From positions 5,141,709-5,205,708 of the forward strand of contig CAJINV010000002.1 of NCBI GenBank assembly GCA_905178155.1: DNA of 64,000 bases, in the 5' to 3' direction. A program made the translations under genes and the position numbers. The stretch comes from Amoebophrya sp. A120. Lineage: Eukaryota > Protista > Dinoflagellata. Position 1 is the stretch's first letter, and each line of letters starts with the position of its first letter. The notes under the pieces were generated by a model. It searched no databases and was not told where the DNA came from. It worked only from the letters and a program-made list of their open reading frames with translations. Of the stretch, positions 49,055-59,276 are shown in pieces.

Positions 49055-50005
49055 TCCCAGTGCGAAAGGAGTATGATCGCGAGAGGCAGGTAGTGTAGAA
49101 TGAATGCATGAAGACCACACACTTCTGCGTGGTGGTGGGCCTAGTTGTACCAGACAGCATTTCAATGTTGCAAAATTTGCAAAAATTCTCAAGCCCGCTT
49201 TGCTTTGTATTGCAAGAGGACCACCTCCACCAGGACAAAAACAAATTCAAAACTTCTGGAGTGGCCCTGTGCGCGAATAATACATTTTGCAAGGTTGATA
49301 AGAGCAAAACATTGATGAAACGACAGAGAAGCGAGCGCAGATGAACCGGGAAGGGAACGATTACTACAAGGCGAAGGAAAAAAGTTGGTGGGAAAAAGAT
49401 TCCACGAAAATGCTCATGGGGGCTTGGGCGTCTCCCATCTAAGTACCAAGAGGTGAGACTGGAAATGCACATGCAAAACTCTTACAGTAAGAGAGCCAGG
49501 AAAGGCTAAAGCATACGAGAAGCTGACGCTAGTATGGTCGCATGATACAGCTTGCAGCGACTCTCGGAAGGAGCCACATTGTGCGCAGCTGATGCAGGAT
49601 CATCATCAAGCCGCCTCGCGTTCGCTCCGTGTCTTCTGCTTGGGGTATGCTTAGAATTCGAAATAGACTCCGACTCGTTTTATTTCGTCGCATTCCCCTT
49701 TTTCGCTCAATCGTGTCATCGTCGCTGTCGCTTAAAAAGATGGAGGTTTTATTCGTCTAACTGGCTTGCTCAACAAGCCTACAAGTTGTATTCATCGGTA
49801 AGCAAGTACTTACTTTTTCGTGTCGATGTCGATGTCGACTACAATTGGTCGCGTTTTATGCACATGGTGCACGACTTCTCATCCCCTTCCCCAGCCACTC
49901 ATTTCACGGGACAGGATGAAATTTCGCTTCATAAGTAGCTTTCAGGAACAGCCGCTGTCATCGTGCGTTGAAAAGTACTAGAAGGTAGGCATAAGGAACA
50001 ACACC

Positions 50006-52878
50006 ATGGGTCAAAGCGCATCCTCCGTCTTGGGGCAGGGGGAGGCCCTGGCGGACATTGATTGCCCAACGGAATTTATAGATCCGTTTCGCAACGCGCG
50101 TTTCAGCAAAAAGGACTTGCTCGACCTGAATTACCAGATTACGAAGCAAAAAGTTCGCCTGCAGCAGACGGTCCAGCACGAGCTGCAGCCGATTTTGCCG
50201 CGCCTGCGCCAGGGCTTGATGTACGAAGACAAGCCAGAGATCGGGGACGCCTTCGGCAAGGCCCTGGAAAAAGCGACGGACCAGGCGAAGCTGTTGTATT
50301 GCACCCTGCAGAAGCAGTCCCGGGTCGCGGCAAACACTGCCTTAAGCCGGTACGTGCCGCTCGCGCGGAGCTTCCACCAAGACTTGAAAACGCTTGTCGA
50401 GTACAACGGCGGGGATAGTACTGCGTTTTCCGAGAAGCTGAAGTCGCTGGACACGCTTGTGCAGATGAAGGACAGATTTCCCGACGCACCGCCGTCGAAC
50501 ACACAGCTCGAGGCCTTATCAAATGTAAAAATGTCGGGGTCTGGAAGAATTCACGTTTGTCATGCTTGTCTGGCATGACTCTTAAATCTGTCATGCACGT
50601 TACCCAAGAGCTCCGTTTTCCTGTGATGCAGAAGTGCAGTTTGTCATGCAGAATAGGCAACACCTAGGAGCTCCGAAACTTGTCATGCTGAGCCAGCATT
50701 TGTACCCTCATCATGAGACGCCACCCAGCATCACAAGTTTCCAGACCCAGACATTTTTGCATTTGATAGGCCTTTCTCCAGCACGACAAGCCTCTGAAGG
50801 CCGCGGACAAGGAGGAATTTTTGCGGGGCATCCGGGAAAACTTGCGGGCGATTGCGCAAAAAACGACCGCGGACGGAGCGACGTGCTACGACGACAAGCT
50901 TTTGCTGAAGGCCAAGCGTGCGGCGCTGCGGATCAAGGAACTGCTGCAAGTACTCGAGTCTGCCCCGGCATCCGCAGACGGCTTTACGCTGGAGGTCTTA
51001 ACGCCGGGGGAAAAGCGGTTTCTACCGACAGAGGCAGAGCCGCAAGATAACAATAATCCTCCCACCACAAACAACGCTATTAGCACTACAACTGGTTTAC
51101 TAACCACGGGCCAAGAGGCGGACCTGCAATCGCTCGACACGTTCGCGAACAAGACTTGGAAAGATTTTATGGAAAAGCACAAACTGCTCTTCGCGCGCGA
51201 CCCGCACCTACCCCCCGGCCCACAGGAGACGGAGCAAGTCCAAACCGGTGCCGTCGCGGGCTCCAAGCGGGCGGCGCTGCAGAAGTACGCTAGCGGTTCC
51301 AGTAGCAACCGCAAAGATTTCGAGCGCCGCTATTTGCACAACAATCTCGGTTACGGCACGGGGTTTTCCGCCTTGCCGAAGCTGGTCGGCGACGACGCCA
51401 CGGAAGCCCTGAAAATCGTGCAAAAGTTCGGGGATTTGGCGGAAAAGAAGGTCCACGAATTACCGGAGAAGCATCAGCTCTCGGACTTCTTCAAGACGCA
51501 CTGCATCGGCAACGAAAACATCACGAATGACCAGCTTGCCGCCGACCAGACGTGCCAACAGGGGGACATGGCGAAGACGGTGCTTTCCGCCCGATCCTAC
51601 CTCAGGCTGCTCAGCAAGGTGCGGGACGCGTTTGACGTGTTGTGTCGCAACGGAATTTTGACGGAGGTGAAGCAGATCTGCGCGGTGCAGGTGAATATGC
51701 ACTGGAGAATCTTCATGGATCGGGTACTCGCGAAAGTTCTAATGCATGAATTTGTACGAGCCAAATTCTTGTTGTGGTGGACGTGATCGACCGCTATTTT
51801 GGTCGTGGTGTTTTCATGTAGTGTACCTGTGAAAGTAGTTGTCGGGGTCGAGACGTTGGGCATACGGCCTTCAGCGGTTACTTCAGAGTTAATCTTGCGG
51901 CCTTCAGCGGTCGTGTGCGCTCTTTCCAGCACTTGGCGACCAGCTATGAATAAAAGCGTTTAGCAAGTACTAGAACTTTTGCACGATTTCTCCTGCACAA
52001 GAAACGGAATGAACTCCCCCTCGGTTCCCAACCCGGAAACGACCCAGGCACCGCTGGGCTTGGTGGAGGGAGAATTGGCGATAAAATTCCCGGTGGACGA
52101 GGAGAACGGCTTCGCAAGAACGGACGAGCAGTTGGATCAGCTGGGCGCAAAAGCGCAAAAGGAGTTCAAGATGCTGAACGCACGGTTCGGCGAATTGTTG
52201 CGGGAGAAACAACAGTCGGGTTACAAACCGGAAATCCGGAAGGAGTTCGAAACAGGCGTGGAAAATTTTATCGTTTCCGAGCTCCGTCCGTACGGTGACG
52301 CGGTGGAGAAAAAGATGAAGCAGCTGCACCTAATCGGCGCCACCGCCACAGCGGAGGATACTGCCAACCGGAAGCACTGCTTGAGCTTGCCGTCGAGCAG
52401 CGGAGCGGCGGAAGGAGCTGGTGCTCCAGAGGATGCTGCACTTGTGGCCATTGGCAAGGACGGGAAGTGTGCGGCCTTGAAGTACGTAAAGACGCTGAAA
52501 ACCGCGAAAAGCTATCTCATTTTGCTGCAACAACTAGAGCACAACGTCGTCGACACGGCGTGCAGATTCAACCTGTTTCCGAAAGGCAAGGACCTCGCGC
52601 CGGAGCACAAGGGTGTGAAGATGACCCTGCACAGTAGACCTGACAGCAACTACTTACCAAATAAGAAATACTGTAGCCAAGAGGTGCAGGTTCTGGAGGC
52701 CGACGGGAAGACGGACCCGCAGAATGTCAGTGTCGGAATGGCTGCCGCAGAGGAGTTCGAGCGAGAGCTTCAACTGAAAGGGAGAACGGAGCTCAACCCG
52801 GGGGCAGAGCAGGAGTTGGGCGACAACATTGGTGTCAGGGTGGGAGAGAACGACGCGAGTGTAGTTGCGGAGGCCTGA
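50006..52878 (+). CDS. helical-repeat protein, paralog 2 of 43959-49054 (MGQSASS N-myristoylation-like start)
   Basis: IDCPTEFIDPFRNARFSKKDLLDL...YEDKPEIG...LLYCTLQKQSR aligns with IECPAEYISPFRAENFSKSELLDL...FEDKKEVG...MLFCGLQKQTR. Carries the SARSYL/TAKSYL repeats. Confidence 0.82.
50517..50768. mobile_element. introner family A, DR GGCCT
   Basis: TATCAAATGTAAAAATGTCGGGGTCTGGAA...TTCCAGACCCAGACATTTTTGCATTTGATA. Removal restores TQLEAFLQHDKP...FLRGIRENL. Confidence 0.92.
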
Positions 52879-53911
52879 GATTACTTATGCTGGCAGATCT
52901 GATTTAGATTTTTTCGAGAATCTATCAGCTACACCCCATTGTAGTAGGCACAAGTGCAAGAACGGCGCCGACGTCAGCACGCGACATGTTGACACTATCG
53001 GCCGCGAGCTGCCACTTCTACAGCCAACTATACTAACAAGAACATCTTCCGAGAACTCCTGAGCGAAAAGAGGTGTTTTTGATTTAGATTTCGACAATAC
53101 GCAGTAACTCACTGTTGTTTCAATTGTTCGACCCTGCATCTCTACTGACAAAAGAAATCGGTTGCTGCACAAAAATGATCTAGCAAGAGAGGTCGGTCGG
53201 AAAATCCAACTAACATGTCGAAGTGGCGCCTTTTCGTTCCTAGCGAAAAAAAAACTGGACCATATTTGTGCGCGAGGCAAAGCTGTGTGAGCTCCTGCAC
53301 AAGGCTTCTGAACGAATCGGTTTTTCTTGCCACCGAGAAGATTGGGATCAGACCCTGTCGAAGGACATGAAGAAAGTCTTCGTGAAGATCCGTAATAAAA
53401 CTTCACTTTGATACTTGTGTATACACAAAACAGGGAGCGGCAAAGAAGAACACATAGGGAAAGGAGCCCCCAATCTGATCGACCCCACTTCAACTTTAGA
53501 AAAGCACCATAGTCCTTGTCGCAGTTGCATAGCATACGCCTAGACAATAAATTAGCACGCGGAAAAAAATACTAGCACCGTCACCAAGTGGCGACAGTTA
53601 CTCTCACACCAACAGCTAGCTAGGCTTTGTGCAAGCGTGATTTGCATTGCTGCTTTTTGATAGTGAGGTGACAATAAAATTACCTTTTCCATATTCACCT
53701 ACAATATCTTCGACGTTGTAATCTTTCATCCGAGCTTTCCCACCTATACCTTTGACCCGAGCAGGAACAGTAAGTTCACGAGACGCAGCGTTTCTTTGAA
53801 ATTGATTCTGTAAAAACGGGTGGTAAAGCCGTTGACAACTTCTAACTACAAATTGAGTCCCCTGAAGAAATTCCCCCCTTTATAGTTTAGTAGTTCGTCA
53901 TTTGTTTCAAA

Positions 53912-56900
53912 ATGTCCGGGTATTTGCCTCCCCGACAGGTCACCACTGCAGGTGCGCTTCTGTCATCTTTGTCCATGACTAGTGTGGTCATCAGAGTTTT
54001 CGTTCTCACGGACAGCCAAGGGTTGTTTCTACCCGTCTCAGCCTACGAAGCCTGGAAAGTGCCGGAAGAATCTGAGCCCGTCATTCGCAACGCGGACCTG
54101 CACTTGGCGGAGTGCATTAGTGGCAGTGACGGGGTAGAGAAGCTGATCGCGTGTGATGTGACGGGGATGACGTGCGAATGCCAGGAAAATCGGTTTGCTG
54201 ACCTCGTCCAGCAGGTTCATGCTGGAACATCGACCGTGGGGTCGTCCACGACTAAAAAAACGCGAACTTCTGGTTCTTCGAAAATATCAAGCCAAAATCG
54301 GCGAGGAAAAATTGGGTCGAATCAAAAAGACACGATGCAAGTGATGGATGAACACGGGAACATGTTTTCGGCCTGGCTGCCCCCGAGCTTCGCGCTGCAC
54401 ACGGTTATCAAATGCAAAAATGTCTGGGTCTGGAAGGTTGGAGCTTGTGATGCTACCTCCGGACTCCAAAAAAATCTGTATTGCATGATCAGTAAGAGGA
54501 GTCTAGTTTGTGCTAGGCGGGGAGGGCATTTGTCATGCGGATTAGGCATCCGGAAGCCTTCTAAAAATCTGTGATGCTAGGTCATGCATTACAGACATTC
54601 TGGGTCATGCAAAATCTGCATGACAAACCCGGCAACATTCCAGCCCCAGACATTTTTAGAGTTGATAACGGTGTTGAAAAAGCGAAACTTTATCGACAGT
54701 CCGGACACGTGTTCCTGTGACGAGGAGATTCTGTGTACTAGCGGGGACAAAGTTTCTGTTTCGGAGGAGGAGGATGGCGGAGGTTCTTCTTCTACCTCGT
54801 CGTGCCACGTCTGCCTGTCGAAGGAAGAAACCCCGGGGGAGCTCTACCCGCTGTTTGGCCCGATGATTCCGCACGACATCGTTTCGAAGGGGTTTTACGA
54901 GCGGGCCGTGGTGCCCGCGAGCTCGTATCCTGAGTAAAAACGTACCCACACCAGAGTCAGGATGAGGATTTTGCAACACAAACCTAGGAGTTTTGTGAGT
55001 CACGCATGACAAGTTGCACTATGCAGTGTAGTGCAGGTTAGCAAGTGCAGCCGCATCACAGATTCATCTGCTCATCCTGTTCACAGCAGCACAAATTCCA
55101 AAACACGATTGGAAATGGCTCTCATGGGGATGCGCATTACAAGTCTTCCTGTCTTTGCAAATCTGCATTACAACTCTGGCGTGGGTACGTTTTTGCTCAG
55201 GATAGCTCCAAGGCGTTGATCACGAGCAGTGATTATGCATTGCCAATACGTCTGGGTCTGAGAGGATGCAACTTGTGATGCTACCTTTGGACTCGAAAAA
55301 AATCTGTATTGCATGACAGGCAATAGGAGTCCAGATTGTGCTAGGCGGAGCCGGTGTTCTCATGCGGAAAAGGCATCAGAAAGTCCTCTAAAAATCTGTG
55401 ATGCTAGGTCACGCATTACAGGCGTCATGCGTCGTGCCAAATATGCATGACAAGCCTGGAAATCTGCCAGACCCAGACATATTTGCGTTTGATAGTGATT
55501 TCGACCAGGGCGAGTTTGACCACGAAGCCGGGCACGTGGAATACGTCCACGGACTTGCGTCGTCTTCGTTCGACGCCGTTTCCGCGGCGGCGGAGCACTA
55601 TGATCTGGTAAAGAAGCAACGGAAGTACCGAAAGCAGTTCGTGCGCGAGCATTTGATCCCCGCACACGAGAAGATTGTGCGTATGCGGGACCCGAGAAGC
55701 GAGGCGTTCACCAGTCGTGCGGCGATGTTCACGACGAGGACTGGTTTCTCAGGGAAAGCCGATTCTCACTTTCATCAGGGAAAGCCGATTCTCACGACAA
55801 GTACTGGTTTATCAGGGAAGAAGAACAGGAATAGAGGAGCAGGAAACCGATTCTCACTTTCATCATCCTGCACCGACCTGTACTGCGAGTCTCGGTTTTT
55901 CCGGAATTTCCTGCGATCCGGGAAAAACAAAAAGACCAAGGCAGTTGTCCACCGCACGAAGGGTTCTACTTTTAGTAGCGGCGCTTTCAAAAGTAAAGGC
56001 AGTGGCAGGACGTCGACTTTGTCCCGTGCGAGAATTCTGGAAAAAGTGAAGACCACTTTGGAGATAAAAAAGGGCACGAAAATTTCTCGAGCAAAGGCTC
56101 CTACTTTTTCGAAGAAAGCGGAAGAGAAGCCGAAGGCGGCGATTGCCGCGAAAGCGAAAAAAGGCCGGAAGGGTTCATCTTCATCTACTTCCAGCAAGCC
56201 GACACAGAAACCGAGCTCCTATGGTAAGACTACTAGTTCTGACTCCTCCGGAAGATCTTCTTCTTTCCCGCCAACCACGGATTCCCTGTTTTCCACCGGG
56301 GACGGTGTTTTGCCCGATTTCCTCGCGATTATCCTGACCATCGCGGTGGTCATCGGCGTTTTTACCTCCACCACCAGCACGAGCAAGACCACTTTCAACC
56401 TGTTCCCCTTCGTTTCGGGTGCGAAGGTGCGGCACGGGCAGGACCACCACTGGAATCTGTTGAATCGCTTGGATGCCATCCGGAGCACACTGAAAAAGCG
56501 CAAGAAGATTTTCGCCCGCGAAACCCAGTACGCGCTGCTGCACTTGACGCAGGAAAAGGCGGCGCACTCGTTCGACGCCGATAGGGACGAGGGGGCGGAA
56601 AGCGACGTCAGCACCGTGTTTATCAAGGACTCGCCGAAAAGTGGGAGCGAAAAGTGGAACGGCAAGGACTTGGTCACCGTGAGTGCGATGGACGGGAACG
56701 AAAACAACGCCAATATGGCCCTGGAGCATGCCGCCGACAAGAATGGAAAGAAGAGCGTCAATGAGGCGGCTAGTACTGGCAACCCTATTCGTGCGACCAT
56801 AACGGCGACGAGAAATACTGTGGCAAGTCCGAGCGGGAACATTCGCGGGACGGTTGCGTCTCTGGACGAAGAGCTTGATGCGGTGCGGAACGCGATGGCG

Positions 56901-56993
56901 CAGGGCCGGGATATGATGCGGACTTCCGCCGCGGGTGGGGGGCAAGCTGTTGGAGCGACGGGTGGCATGAGGGGAAGTCACGCGGGCGCGTGA
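53912..56993 (+). CDS. hypothetical protein interrupted by three introners; Lys/Ser-rich, with one TM helix near the C-terminal third
   Basis: ORFs 53912-54574, 54584-54937 and 55398-56993 join in frame after introner removal. TM segment FLAIILTIAVVIGVF. Start uncertain. Confidence 0.7.
54406..54667. mobile_element. introner family A, DR ACGGT
   Basis: TIRs as in family A. Removal restores FALHTVLKKRNF. Confidence 0.9.
54926..55204. mobile_element. introner family B (TATCCTGAG(T/C)AAAAACGTACCCAC(A/G)CCAGAGT TIR), DR GCTC(G/C)
   Basis: 32-bp TIRs with 2 mismatches. Removal restores VPASSKALITSSD. Confidence 0.88.
55234..55494. mobile_element. introner family A (diverged left TIR), DR GTGAT; internal sequence homologous to 54406-54667
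   Basis: Removal restores SSDFDQGEF. Shares AAAAAATCTGTATTGCATGA and TCTAAAAATCTGTGATGCTAGGTCA with 54406-54667. Confidence 0.87.
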
Positions 56994-59276
56994 GGGTAGT
57001 CGATAAAGTAAGTGTTGGAATTATTTCAGAGTGAAATGTTAAATCGTATGTCGGGGTGGAGATGAACTTTTTTATACAAGTAAGAGCTACAACGCTGTGT
57101 TGAGAGCACGAAGTATCGTATTTTCTGTTCTTTTGATTCGTTTTCCCCTTATTTTCGATGACCAAGTAACGAAGAGAAAATGAAAAATTGAGTCATGACA
57201 CTCGCAATACCTCCTGCCCAGTCGAGTGAATGTAAGGAATAGAAGCGTAACGATCAAAAACATAAGTAGTACCAGCGCAAACAGACCTATCATATCCATC
57301 TTTACAACTTTACACATTTTCTAGAGGAACTGCAATTACACAAGGCACTGACTAGGTCACGACTTGTTTGTACTCATTGTATTTTGAATTTGCAATTATG
57401 CGGAGCTGGTGTGCGCCGGATGACGATAAGGGCGCATCTAAGCCGTGAGGCGAAATGTATTTCGTAAAAATCCTTTTTCCATTATGTTTTGTCATTTGAG
57501 AAAGAGAGCAAGGAGCTTCTCCGGAAATTTTTGCATAGAAGTAGATAAACACACCATAGTCTGTATCTGAATCTGATCCATCGTGTAGCAAAGCCCAGAG
57601 TCGTGATCTTACGGAAATTTTCAACGGATGAGTGTGGACCTTTTCACAAATACGTACGTTTTGTGAAGGCAGGATGAGCTGCAGCTGATCCAGAATTTGA
57701 TGCGCCATAATGTTTTCCCACTCGGCTAGCCTGTTCTCACGGACAGGCGGGCTGTCAGAAACCTTTATCCCAAATCAATGGCAACAAATTCGTGGAGTTT
57801 CTCATCCACTAGGGTTCTGTTGAAGATTTCATGAAAGAATAAACCAAAGACTAGCGCACGTTAGCGCACTGCTATTGGAAAATGCATTCGAAAGTAAAAA
57901 ATGTTCCCAGGGCCGGTAATTGAAAGCAGTCGCGGCTTGATGCGGTCTCCAAACACTCCCAAGTGGATCTTCATAAAAAGCAGATCTTTGATCTTCAACT
58001 ACACCAGATCTCGAATAGTGGGTGTGAGAAAACATGATCGACCGCAGCATTTCTGAGAGAGGACAGAGAGATCTCAAAAAAAATTGGGCCACCTGGACGT
58101 GCATTTTTTCAAATGATGACACCTTTTGAGATACAGCATACACCGTTTCTCAAACATTCGCAGTAAGTGTCCTACTAAGCGGCTGCAGTGACCGCTGTAG
58201 CTGCGTATGCTGGACAAACTTCCTTAGATGTCTGACACATTGTTTCCAGAGTTTGTTTTGCAATTCAGATGTTGATTTTGGATGCCATGCTGTGCATCAC
58301 TTTTCCTCCTGCGCAGCGATATCGATCTTGTCCCGAGCACCAACCGGCTTTCGGCTGTCTGTGGTGTTTCGGCTTCGGTAGCGTCCCAGAGAAAGTCTGT
58401 GTGGTCGAAGGCGCAAGCCTCCCTCACGATCCTGCTTCATATTCCTTGTCGCGGCAGGAGCGCGTTCGGTGGATCCTTGCGAGGAGCCACCTTGCGTAGG
58501 GTCGCACTGCGGCCAAACTGCCGGGTCAAACCATGGAGCTGACAGACGTTGAGAAATTAATTTCAGAACTGTTGTTAATCGGCCAGAAGTTTTCTATGCG
58601 CATGGCCGTCTCCGGCTCGATCTTTCTTACGCCACATCGCCGCCAGAGTGAAAAATTCGGAATCGTCACCCCGCGTTCGTGAAGGGCAGAAGGATTGTTC
58701 TGTGCCGTCCGTCCTATGATCCTCGCGGGATACCAACAGAAGAGTTTAGGAGATTTTGTCATGCTGTATGGCATGGCGGTCTACCTTCACTCGGCTCATA
58801 CTACGTCGTCTTTCGATTTTTCCCATTCGAAATTGGCGCAACCTTGGTGATCTACAGTTGGTTCCGAATTTGAAAGAGCGAGAAGTTCCAGCAAGTTCTA
58901 CATGGTCGTGGCTGTGCGGAGTTGACATCATGATCGACCACAGCTCCTGCTCCAGATCAGATGATCTTAGGAAATGCCAAAGATGTTGTACTTGCAGCAA
59001 GATGAGATGATCACAGGTCAAATACTCAGTTGAGGTATGAATAACGATTTTTGCAATGGTAATGAATCTACGAACAGCTTGCGGACGCACGCAAATCCAC
59101 TAGAAATTATTTTCGACATCGTCTGCACAGACTAAGTGGTTTTATCTGCTTCCCCATCAGTTTAGGACCTACGTACTTTCTCTCACCACGACGACCCTCA
59201 TCTGTTAGTTTTTCTTTTTCACGACCTAGCGACCAGCTTTGTAATTCCGCTTCCGTGTGATGCAAAAGTGGGAAAA

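Noticed and set aside
51715-51985. introner in paralog 2 (AAAGTTCTA/TAGAACTTT)
   Set aside because: Only a short, non-terminal inverted match and no clear DR; treated as an ordinary intron with uncertain boundaries.
27549-56981. long minus-strand ORFs (e.g. 27549-28496, 44180-44959, 47647-48615, 56181-56981)
   Set aside because: Antisense shadows of GC-rich + strand coding exons, with no independent protein signal.
57000-59200. short ORFs in the long intergenic region
   Set aside because: No recognisable motifs, consistent frame or terminal repeats; may be decayed sequence.
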